A stretch of 64,000 nt of DNA from the human T2T-CHM13v2.0 reference genome, Homo sapiens: NCBI RefSeq assembly GCF_009914755.1, contig NC_060937.1, one strand, 5' to 3'. Numbering within the stretch: the first letter of the stretch is position 1; every line of letters begins with the position of its first letter. The position numbers were made by a program, and so were the translations under genes. Positions 46,501-61,500 of this stretch are shown here, piece after piece. A model generated the notes under the pieces. It searched no databases. It was not told where the DNA came from and saw only the letters and a list, made by a program, of their open reading frames with translations.

Positions 46501-49500
46501 CATAATATATCAAAGTACCCAGAATATATAGCATACTGTACATAGAATATCAAAGTACCCAAAATATATATTGTATACTGTACATAAAATATGAAGGTAC
46601 ATCAAAGATATATTATATTCTGTACATAAAATATCAAAGTACACCAAATATATATTATATGCTGTACATAATATATTAAAGTTGCCCATATATACATTAT
46701 ATACTGTACATAAAATATGAACGTACATCAAATATATAGTATATGCTGCACATAAAATATCAAAGTACCCAAAGTATGTATTATACACTGTACATAAAAT
46801 ATCAAAGTACCAAAAGTATATATTACATACTGTAAATAAAATATGAAGGTACCTCAAATATATATTATATTCTGTACATAAAATATCAAAGTACACCAAG
46901 TATATACTATATACTCTGCATAAAATATTAAATTACCCGAAATATGTATTGCATTGTGTACATAAAATATGAAAGTAACCAAACATTTATAATAAACTGT
47001 ACATAAAATATCAAAGTACTCAAACTGTATATTATATACTCTACATAAAGTATCAAAGTACCCAAACTGTGTAGTATATACTGTACATAAAATATCAAGG
47101 TACCCAAAATATATATTGTAAACTGTAGATAAAATATCAAAGTACCCAAAATATATATTATATACTGTACATAAAATATGAAGGCACATCCAATATATAT
47201 TATATTCTGTACATAAAATATCAAAGTACACCAAATGTATATTATATACTGTACATAAAATATCAAAGTACCCAAAGTGTATATTATATACTGCACATTA
47301 AATATGAAGGTTCATCAAATATATTTTATATTCTGCACATAATATATCAAAGTACAGCAAATATATATTATATACTGTACATAAAATATCAAAGTACCCA
47401 AAATATGTATTATATAGTGTACATAAAATATGAAAGTAAGCAAACATTTATAATAAACTGTACATAAAGTATCAAAGTACTCAAACTACATATTATATAC
47501 AGTATATAAAATATCAAAGTACCCAAACTGTATATTATATACTGTACATAATATATCAAAGTACCCGAATATATAGCATACTCTACATAAAATATCAAAG
47601 TACCCAAAGTTTGTATTATACACTGCACATAAAATATGAAGGTACATCAAAGATATATTATATTCTGTACATAAAATATCAAAGTACACCAAATATATAT
47701 TATATGCTGTACATAATATATTAAAGTCGACCAAATATATATTATATACTGTACATAAAATATGAAGGTACATCAAATATATATTATATGCTGCACATAA
47801 AATATCAAAGTACCCAAAGTATGTGTTATATACTGTACATAAAATATCAAAGTACCCAAAGTATATATTATATACTGTACATAAAATATAAAATACCCCA
47901 AATATATATTATATGCTCTACATAAAATATCAAAGTACACAAAATATGTATTATATACTGTACATAAAATACCAAAGGACCCAAAATATATATTATATAC
48001 TGTACATAAAATATCAAAATACCCAAAATATATATTATATACTGTACATAAAATACCAAAGTACCCAAAGTATATGTTATATACCGTACAAAATATATCA
48101 AAGTAGCCAAATATGTATTATACACTGTACATAATATATGAAAGTACCCAAACATTTATAATAAACTGTACATAAAATATCAATGTACTCAAACTATATA
48201 TTATGTGCGGTACATAAGATATCAAAGTACCCATACTATACAGTATATACTGTACTTAAAATATCAAAATACCCAAAATATATATTATATACGTTACATA
48301 AACTTTCAAATACACAAAGTATGTATTATATACTGTACATAAAATAGCAAAGTTCCCAAAATATGTATTATATACTGTACATAAAATATGAAAGTACCCA
48401 ACCATTTATAATAAACTCTACATAAAATACCAAAGTACCCAAACTGTGTATTATATACTGTCCATAAAATATCAAAGGACCCAAAATATATATTGTAAAC
48501 TCTACATAAAATATCAAAGTAGCCAAAATACATATTGTATACTGTACATAAAATATAAAAGTACCCCAAATATATATTATATACTGTACATAAAATATCA
48601 AAGTACCCATAATACATATTATATACTGTACATAAAATATCAAAGGACCCAAAATAAACATTATATACTGTACATAAAATATCCAAATACTCAAAATATA
48701 TATTACATACTGTACATAAAATATCAAAGTACCCAAATTATGTATTATATACTGTACGTAAAATATCAGAGTACCCAAAATATGCATTATATTCTGTACA
48801 TAAAATATGAAAGTAACAAAACATTTATAATAAACTGTACATAAAATATCAAAGTACTCAAACTATATATCATATACTGTACATAAAATATCAAAGTACC
48901 CAAACTGTGTATTATTATATACTGTATATAAAATATAAAAGTACCTGAAATATATACTGTATACTGTACATAAAATATCAAAGTACCCAAAATATATACT
49001 ATATACTGTACATAAAATATGAAGGTACATCAAATATATATTATATCCTGTACATAAAATATCAAAGTACACCTATTATATATTGTGTACTGTACATAAT
49101 ATATTAAATCGCCCAAATATATATTGTATACTGTATATAAAATATGAAGGTACTTCAAATATATATTATATGCTGCACATAAAATATCAAAGTACCCAAA
49201 GTATGCATTACATACTGTACATAAAATATCAAAGTACACATATTATCTATTATATAATGTACATAAAATATGAAGGTTCATCAAATATATATTATATTCT
49301 GTACATAATATATCAAAGTACATCAAATATATATTATATACTGTACATAAAATATCAAAGTACCAAAAATATGTATTATATACTGTACATAAAACATGAA
49401 AGTAACCAAACATTTATAATAAACTGTACATAAAATATCAAAGTACTCAATCTACATATTATATACAGTATATAAAATATCAAAGTACACAAACTGTATA

Positions 49501-52500
49501 TTATATACTGTACATAATATATCAAAGTACCCAGAATATATAGCATACTGTACATAAAATATCAAAGTACCCAAAATATATATTGTATACTGTACATAAA
49601 ATATGAAGGTACATCAAAGATATATTATATTCTGTACATAAAATATCAAACTACACCAAATATATATTATATGCTGTACATAATATATTTAAGTTGCCCA
49701 TATATACATTATATACTGTACATAAAATATGAACGTACATCAAATATATAGTATATGCTGCACATAAAATATCAAAGTACCCAAAGTATGTATTATACAC
49801 TGTACATAAAATATCAAACTACCAAAAATATATATTACATACTGTAAATAAAATATGAAGGTACCTCAAATATATATTATATTCTGTACATAAAATATCA
49901 AAGTACACCAAGTATATACTATATACTCTGCATAAAATATTAAATTACCCAAAATATGTATTGCATTGTGTACATAAAATATGAAAGTAACCAAACATTT
50001 ATAATAAACTGTACATAAAATATCAAAGTACTCAAACTGTATATTATATACTGTACATAAAGTATCAAAGTACCCAAACTGTGTAGTATATACTGTACAT
50101 AAAATATCAAGGTACCCAAAATATATATTGTAAACTGTAGATAAAATATCAAAGTACCCAAAATATATATTATATACTGTACATAAAATATGAAGGCACA
50201 TCCAATATATATTATATTCTGTACATAAAATATCAAAGTACACCAAATGTATATTATATACTGTACATAAAATATCAAAGTACCCAAAGTGTATATTATA
50301 TACTGTACATAAACTATGAAGGTTCATCAAATATATTTTATATTCTGCACATAATATATCAAAGTACAGCAAATATATATTATATACTGTACATAAAATA
50401 TCAAAGTACCCAAAATATGTATTATATACTGTACATAAAATATGAAAGTAACCAAACATTTATAATAAACTGTACATAAAGTATCAAAGTACTCAAACTA
50501 CATATTATATACAGTATATAAAATGTCAAAGTACCCAAACTGTATATTATATACTATACATAATATATCAAAGTACCCGAATATATAGCATACTGTACAT
50601 AAAATATCAAAGTACCCAAAGTGTGTATTATACACTGCACATAAAATATGAAGGTACATAAAATATATATTGTATTCTGTACATAAAATATCAAAGTACT
50701 CCAAATATATATTATATGCTGTACATAATATATTAAGGTCGCCCAAATATATATTATATACTGTACATAAAATATGAAGGTACATCAAATATATATTATA
50801 TGCTGCACATAAAATATCAAAGTACCCAAAGTATGTGTTATATACTGTACATAAAATATCAAAGTACCCAAAGTATATATTATATACTGTACATAAAATA
50901 TAAAATACCCCAAATATATATTATATGCTGTACATAAAATATCAAAGTACACAAAATATGTATTATATACTGTACATAAAATACCAAAGGACCCAAAATA
51001 TATATTATATACTGTACATAAAATATCAAAATACCCAAAATATATATTATATACTGTACATAAAATACCAAAGTACCCAAAGTATATATTATATACCGTA
51101 CAAAAAATATCAAAGTAGCCAAAATATGTATTATACACTGTACATAATATATGAAAGTACCCAAACATTTATAATAAACTGTACATAAAATATCAATGTA
51201 CTCAAACTATATATTATGTGCGGTACATAAGATATCAAAGTACCCATACTATATAGTATATACTGTACTTAAAATATCAAAATACCCAAAATATATATTA
51301 TATACGTTACATAAACTATCAAATACACAAAGTATGTATTATATACTGTACATAAAATAGCAAAGTTCCCAAAATATGTATTACATACTATACATAAAAT
51401 ATGAAAGCACCCAACCATTTATAATAAACTCTACATAAAATACCAAAGTACCCAAACTGTGTATTATATACTGTCCATAAAATATCAAAGTACCCAAAAT
51501 ATATATTGTAAACTCTACATAAAATATCAAAGTAGCCAAAATACATATTGTATACTATACATAAAATATAAAAGTACCCCAAATATATATTATATACTGT
51601 ACATAAAATATCAAAGTACCCATAATACATATTATATACTGTACATAAAATATCAAAGGACCCAAAATAAACATTATATACTGTACATAAAATATCCAAA
51701 TACTCAAAATATATATTACATACTGTACATAAAATATCAAAGTACCCAAATTATGTATTATATACTGTACGTAAAATATCAGAGTACCCAAAATATGCGT
51801 TATATACTGTACATAAAATATGAAAGTAACAAAACATTTATAATAAACTGTACATAAAATATCAAAGTACTCAAACTATATATCATATACTGTACATAAA
51901 ATATCAAAGTACCCAAACTGTGTATTACTACATACTGTATATAAAATATCAAAGTACCTGAAATATATATTTTATACTGTACATAAAATATCAAAGTACC
52001 CAAAATATATACTATATACTGTACATAAAATATGAAGGTACATCAAATATATATTATATCCTGTACATAAAATATCAAAGTACTCCTATTATATATTGTG
52101 TACTGTACATAATATATTAAATCGCCCAAATATATATTGTATACTGTATATAAAATATGAAGGTACTTCAAATATATATTATATGCTGCACATAAAATAT
52201 CAAAGTACCCAAAGTATGCATTACATACTGTACATAAAATATCAAAGTACACAAATTATATATTATATTCTGTACATAAAATATGTAGGTTCATCAAATA
52301 TATTTTATATTCTGTACATAATATATCAAAGTACATCAAATATATATTATATACGGTACATAAAATATCAAAGTACCCAAAATATGTACTATTTACTGTA
52401 CATAAAATATGAAAGTAACCAAACATTTATAATAAACTGTACATAAAATATCAAAGTACTCAATCTACATATTATATACAGTATATAAAATATCAAAGTA

Positions 52501-55500
52501 CACAAACTGTATATTATATACTGTACATAATATATCAAAGTACCCAGAATATATAGCATACTGTACATACAATATCAAAGTACCCAGAATGTATATTGTA
52601 TACTGTACATAAAATATGAAGGTACATCAAAGATATATTATATTCTGTACATAAAATATCAAAGTACACCAAATATATATTATATGCTGTACATAATATA
52701 TTAAAGTTGCTCATATATACATTATATACTGTACATAAAATATGAAGGTACATCAAATATATAGTATATGCTGCACATAAAATATCAAAGTACCCAAAGT
52801 ATGTATTATACACTGTACATAAAATATCAAAGTACCAAAAGTATATATTACATACTGTAAATAAAATATGAAGGTACCTCAAATATATATTACATTCTGT
52901 ACATAAAATATCAAAGTACACCAAGTATATACTATATACTCTGCATAAAATATTAAATTACCCGAAATATGTATTGTATTGTGTACATAAAATATGAAAG
53001 TAACCAAACATTTATAATAAACTGTACATAAAATATCAAAGTACTCAAACTGTATATTATATACTGTACATAAAGTATCAAAGTACCCAAACTGTGTAGT
53101 ATATACTGTACATAAAATATCAAGGTACCCAAAATATATATTGTAAACTGTAGATAAAATATCAAAGTACCAAAAATATATATTATATACTGTACATAAA
53201 ATATGAAGGCACATCCAATATATATTATATTCTGTACATAAAATATCAAAGTACACCAAATGTATATTATATACTGTACATAAAATATCAAAGTACCCAA
53301 AGTGTATATTATATACTGCACATTAAATATGAAGGTTCATCAAATATATTTTATATTCTGCACATAATATATCAAAGTACAGCAAATATATATTATATAC
53401 TGTACATAAAATATCAAAGTACCCAAAATATGTATTATATACTGTACATAAAATATGAAAGTAAGCAAATATTTATAATAAACTGTATATAAAATATCAA
53501 AGTACTCAAACTACATATTATATACAGTATATAAAATATCAAAGTACCCAAACTATATATTATATACTGTACATAATATATCAAAGTACCCGAATATATA
53601 GCATACTGTACATAAAATATCAAAGTACCCAAAATATATATTGTATACTGTACATAAAATATGAAGGTACATCAAAGATATATTATATTCTGTACATAAA
53701 ATATCAAAGTACACCAAATATGTATTATATGCTGTACAGAATATATTAAAGTCGACCAAATGTATATTATATACTGTACATAAAATATGAAGGTACATCA
53801 AATATATATTATATGCTGCACATAAAATATCAAAGTACCCAAAGTATGTGTTATATACTGTACATAAAATATCAAAGTACCCAAAGTATATATTATATAC
53901 TGTACATAAAATATAAAATACCCCAAATATATATTATATGCTGTACATAAAATATCAAAGTACACAAAATATGCATTATGTACTGTACATAAATTATCAA
54001 AGGACCCAAAATATATATTATATAGTGTACATAAAATATCAAAATACCCAAAATATATATTATATACTGTACATAAAATACCAAGGTACCCAAAGTATAT
54101 ATTATATACTGTATAAAAAATATCAAAGTAGCCAAAATATGTATTATACACTGTACATAATATATGAAAGTACCCAAACATTTATAATAAACTGTACATA
54201 AAATATCAATGTACTCAAACTATATATTATGTGCGGTACTTAAGATATCAAAGTACCCATACTATATAGTATGTACTGTACTTAAAATATCAAAATACCC
54301 AAAATATATATTATATACGTTACATAAACTTTCAAATACACAAAGTATGTATTACATACTGTACATAAAATAGCAAAGTTCCCAAAATATGTATTATATA
54401 CTGTACATAAAATATGAAAGTACCCAACCATTTATAATAAACTCTACATAAAATACCAAAGTACCCAAACTGTGTATTATATACTCTCCATAAAATATCA
54501 AAGTACCCAAAATATATATTGTCAACTGTACATGAAATATCAAAGTAGCCAAAATATATATAGTATACCGTACATAAAACATAAAAGTACCCCAAATATG
54601 TATTATATACTGTACATAAATTATCAATGTACCGATAATACATATTATATACTGTACATAAAATATCAGAGGACCCAAAATAAACATTATATACTGTACA
54701 TAAAATCTCCAAATACTCAAAATATATATTACATACTGTACATAAAATATCAAAGTACCCAAATTATGTATTATATACTGTACATAAAATATCAGAGTAC
54801 CCAAAATATGCATTATATACTGTACATAAAATATGAAAGTAACAAAACATTTATAATAAACTGTACATAAAATATCAAAGTACTCAAACTATATATCATA
54901 TACTGTACATAAAATATCAAAGTACCCAAACTGTGTATTATTATATACTGTATATAAAATATCAAAGTACCTGAAATATATACTGTATACTGTACATAAA
55001 ATATCAAAGTACCCAAAATATATACTATATACTGTACATAAAATATGAAGGTACATCAAATATATATTATATCCTGTACATAAAATATCAAAGTACACCT
55101 ATTATATATTGTGTACTGTACATAATATATTAAATCGCCCAAATATATATTGTATACTGTATATAAAATATGAAGGTACTTCAAATATATATTATATTCT
55201 GCACATAAAATATCAAAGTACCCAAAGTATGCATTACATACTGTACATAAAATATCAAAGTACACATATTATCTATTATATAATGTACATAAAATATGAA
55301 GGTTCATCAAATATATATTATATTCTGTACATAATATATCAAAGTACATCAAATATATGTTATATACTGTACATAAAATATCAAAGTACCAAAAATATGT
55401 ATTATATACTGTACATAAAACATGAAAGTAACCAAACATTTATAATAAACTGTACATAAAATATCAAAGTACTCAATCTACATATTATATACAGTATATA

Positions 55501-58500
55501 AAATATCAAAGTACACAAACTGTATATTATATACTGTACATAATATATCAAAGTACCCAGAATATATAGCATACTGTACTTAAAATATCAAAGTACCCAA
55601 AATATATATTGTATACTGTACATAAAATATGAAGGTACATCAAAGATATATTATATTCTGTACATAAAATATCAAAGTACACCAAATATATATTATATGC
55701 TGTACATAATATATTAAAGTTGCCCATATATACATTATATACTGTACATAAAATATGAACGTACATCAAATATATAGTATATGCTGCACATAAAATATCA
55801 AAGTACCCAAAGTATGTATTATACACTGTACATAAAATATCAAAGTACCAAAAGTATATATTACATACTGTAAATAAAATATGAAGGTACCTCAAATATA
55901 TATTATATTCTGTACATAAAATATCAAAGTACACCAAGTATATACTATATACTCTGCATAAAATATTAAATTACCCAAAATATGTATTGCATTGTGTACA
56001 TAAAATATGAAAGTAACCAAACATTTATAATAAACTGTACATAAAATATCAAAGTACTCAAACTGTATATTATATACTGTACATAAAGTATCAAAGTACC
56101 CAAACTGTGTAGTATATACTGTACATAAAATATCAAGGTACCCAAAATATATATTGTAAACTGTAGATAAAATATCAAAGTACCCAAAATATATATTATA
56201 TACTGTACATAAAATATGAAGGCACATCCAATATATACTATATTCTGTACATAAAATATCAAAGTACACCAAATGTATATTATATACTGTACAAAAAATA
56301 TCAAAGTACCCAAAGTGTATATTATATACTGTACATAAAATATGAAGGTTCATCAAATATATTTTATATTCTGCACATAATATATCAAAGTACAGCAAAT
56401 ATATATTATATACTGTACATAAAATATCAAAGTACCCAAAATATGTATTATATACTGTACATAAAATATGAAAGTAACCAAACATTTATAATAAACTGTA
56501 CATAAAGTATCAAAGTACTCAAACTACATATTATATACAGTATATAAAATGTCAAAGTACCCAAACTGTATATTATATACTGTACATAATATATCAAAGT
56601 ACCCGAATATATAGCATACTGTACATAAAATATCAAGGTACCCAAAGTGTGTATTATATACTGCACATAAAATATGAAGGTACATAAAATATATATTGTA
56701 TTCTCTACATAAAATATCAAAGTACTCCAAATATATATTATATGCTGTACATAATATATTATAGTCGCCCAAATATATATTATATACTGTACATAAAATA
56801 TGAAGGTACATCAAATATATATTATATGCTGCACATAAAATATCAAAGTACCCAAAGTATGTGTTATATACTGTACATAAAATATCAAAGTACCCAATGT
56901 ATATATTATATACTGTACATAAAATATAAAATACCCCAAATATATATTATATGCTGTACATAAAATATCAAAGTACACAAAATATGTATTATATACTGTA
57001 CATAAAATACCAAAGGACCCAAAATATATATTATATACTGTACATATAATATCAAAATACCCAAAATATATATTATATACTGTACATAAAATACCAAAGT
57101 ACCCAAAGTATATATTATATACCGTACAAAAAATATCAAAGTAGCCAAAATATGTATTATACACTGTACATAATATATGAAAGTACCCAAACATTTATAA
57201 TAAACTGTACATAAAATATCAATGTACTCAAACTATATATTATGTGCGGTACATAAGATATCAAAGTACCCATACTATATAGTATATACTGTACTTAAAA
57301 TATCAAAATACCCAAAATATATATTATATACGTTACATAAACTATCAAATACACAAAGTATGTATTATGTACTGTACATAAAATAGCAAAGTTCCCAAAA
57401 TATGTATTACATACTATACATAAAATATGAAAGCACCCAACCATTTATAATAAACTCTACATAAAATACCAAAGTACCCAAACTGTGTATTATATACTGT
57501 CCATAAAATATCAAAGTACCCAAAATATATATTGTAAACTCTACATAAAATATCAAAGTAGCCAAAATACATATTGTATACTGTACATAAAATATAAAAG
57601 TACCCCAAATATATATTATATACTGTACATAAAATATCAAAGTACCCATAATACATATTATATACTGTACATAAAATATCAAAGGACCCAAAATAAACAT
57701 TATATACTGTACATAAAATATCCAAATACTCAAAATATATATTACATACTGTACATAAAATATCAAAGTACCCAAATTATGTACTATATACTGTACGTAA
57801 AATATCAGAGTACCCAAAATATGCATTATATACTGTACATAAAATATGAAAGTAACAAAACATTTATAATAAACTGTACATAAAATATCAAAGTACTCAA
57901 ACTATATATCATATACTGTACATAAAATATCAAAGTACCCAAACTGTGTATTATTATATACTGTATATAAAATATCAAAGTACCTGAAATATATATTGTA
58001 TACTGTACATAAAATATCAATGTACCCAAAATATATACTATATACTGTACATAAAATATGAAGGTACATCAAATATATATTATATCCTGTACATAAAATA
58101 TCAAAGTACTCCTATTATATATTGTGTACTGTACATAATATATTAAATCGCCCAAATATATATCGTATACTGTATATAAAATATGAAGGTACCTCAAATA
58201 TATATTATATGCTGCACATAAAATATCAAAGTACCCAAAGAATGCATTACATACTGTACATAAAATATCAAGGTACACAAATTATATATTATATACTGTA
58301 CATAAAATATGTAGGTTCATCAAATATATTTTATATTCTGTACATAATATATCAAAGTACATCAAATATATATTATATACGGTACATAAAATATCAAAGT
58401 ACCCAAAATATGTATTATATACTGTACATAAAACATGAAAGTAACCAAACATTTATAATAAACTGTACATAAAATATCAAAGTACTCAATCTACATATTA

Positions 58501-61500
58501 TATACAGTATATAAAATATCAAAGTACACAAACTGTATATTATATACTGTACATAATATATCAAAGTACCCAGAATATATAGCATACTGTACATACAATA
58601 TCAAAGTACCCAGAATGTATGTTGTATACTGTACATAAAATATGAAGGTACATCAAAGATATATTATATTCTGTACATAAAATATCAAAGTACACCAAAT
58701 ATATATTATATGCTGTACATAATATATTAAAGTTGCCCATGTATACATTTTATACTGTACATAAAATATGAAGGTACATCAAATATATACTATATGCTGC
58801 ACATAAAATATCAAAGTATCCAAAGTATGTATTATATACTGTACATAAAATATCAAAGTACCAAAAGTATATATTACCTACTGTAAATAATATATGAAGG
58901 TACCTCAAATATATATTATATTCTGTACATGAAATATCAAAGTACACCAAGTATATACTATATACTCTACATAAAATATTAAATTACCCAAAATATGTAT
59001 TGTATTGTGTACATAAATTATGAAAGTAACCAAACATTTATAATAAACTGTACATAAAATATCAAAGTACTCAAACTGTATATTATATACTGTACATAAA
59101 GTATCAAAGTACCCAAACTGTGTAGTATATACTGTACATAAAATATCAAGGTACCCAAAATATATATTGTAAACTGTAGATAAAATATCAAAATACCCAA
59201 ACTATATATTATATACTGTACATAAAATATGAAGGCACATCAAATATATATTATATTCTGTACATGAAATATCAAAGTACACCAAATGTATATTATATAC
59301 TGTACATAAAATATCAAAGTACCCAAAGTGTATATTATATACTGTACATAAAATATGAAGGTTCATCAAATATATTTTATATTCTGCACATAATATATCA
59401 AAGTACAGCAAATATATATTATATACTGTACATAAAATATCAAAGTACCCAAAATATGTATTATATACTGTACATAAAATATGAAAGTAACCAAACATTT
59501 ATAATAAACTGTACATAAAGTAACAAAGTACTCAAACTACATATTATATACAGTATATAAAATGTCAAAGTACCCAAACTGTATATTATATACTGTACAT
59601 AATATATCAAAGTACCCGAATATATAGCATACTGTACATAAAATATCAAAGTACCCAAAGTGTGTATTATACACTGCACATAAAATATGAAGGTACATAA
59701 AATATATATTGTATTCTGTACATAAAATATCAAAGTACTCCAAATATATATTATATGCTGTACATAATATATTAAAGTCGCCCAAATATATATTATATAC
59801 TGTACATAAAATATGAAGGTACATCAAATATATATTATATGCTGCACATAAAATATCAAAGTACCCAAAGTATGTGTTATATACTGTACATAAAATATCA
59901 AAGTACCCAAAGTATATATTATATACTGTACATAAAATATAAAATACCCCAAATATATATTATATGCTGTACATAAAATATCAAAGTACACAAAATATGT
60001 ATTATATACTGTACATAAAATACCAAAGGACCCAAAATATATATTATATACTGTACATAAAATATCAAAATACCCAAAATATATATTATATACTGTACAT
60101 AAAATACCAAAGAACCCAAAGTATATATTATATACCGTACAAAAAATATCAAAGTAGCCAAAATATGTATTATACACTGTACATAATATATGAAAGTACC
60201 CAAACATTTATAATAAACTGTACATAAAATATCAATGTACTCAAACTATATATTATGTGCGCTACATAAGATATCAAAGTACCCATACTATATAGTATAT
60301 ACTGTACTTAAAATATCAAAATACCCAAAATATATATTATATACGTTACATAAACTATCAAATACACAAAGTATGTATTATATACTGTACATAAAATAGC
60401 AAAGTTCCCAAAATATGTATTATATACTGTACATAAAATATGAAAGTACCCAACCATTTATAATAAAGTCTACATAAAATACCAACGTACCCAAACTGTG
60501 TATTATATACTGTCCATAAAATATCAAAGGACCCAAAATATATATCGTAAACTCTACATAAAATATCAAAGTAGCCAAAATACATATTGTATACTGTACA
60601 TAAAATATAAAAGTACCCCAAATATATATTATATACTGTACATAAAATATCAAAGTAACCATAATACATATTATATACTGTACATAAAATATCAAAGGAC
60701 CCAAAATAAACATTATATACTGTACATAAAATATCCAAATACTCAAAATATATATTACATACTGTACATAAAATATCAAAGTACCCAAATTATGTATTAT
60801 ATACTGTACGTAAAATATCAGAGTACCCAAAATATGCATTATATACTGTACATAAAATATGAAAGTAACAAAACATTTATAATAAACTGTACATAAAATA
60901 TCAAAGTACTCAAACTATATATCATATACTGTACATAAAATATCAAAGTACCCAAACTGTGTATTATTACATACTGTATATAAAATATCAAAGTACCTGA
61001 AATATATATTGTATACTGTACATAAAATATCAAAGTACCCAAAATATATACTATATACTGTACATAAAATATGAAGGTACATCAAATATATATTATATCC
61101 TGTACATAAAATATCAAAGTACTCCTATTATATATTGTGTACTGTACATAATATATTAAATCGCCCAAATATATATTGTATACTGTATATAAAATATGAA
61201 GGTACTTCAAATATATATTATATGCTGCACATAAAATATCAAAGTACCCAAAGTATGCATTACATACTGTACATAAAATATCAAAGTACACAAATTATAT
61301 ATTATATTCTGTACATAAAATATGTAGGTTCATCAAATATATTTTATATTCTGTACATAATATATCAAAGTACATCAAATATATATTATATACGGTACAT
61401 AAAATATCAAAGTACCCAAAATATGTACTATTTACTGTACATAAAATATGAAAGTAACCAAACTTTTATAATAAACTGTACATAAAATATCAAAGTACTC

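Noticed and set aside
46900-59000. A strict 6026-bp dimeric HOR
   Set aside because: Some variants recur at two-unit distance, but others recur at 1, 3 or 5 units, so it is reported as mosaicism instead.
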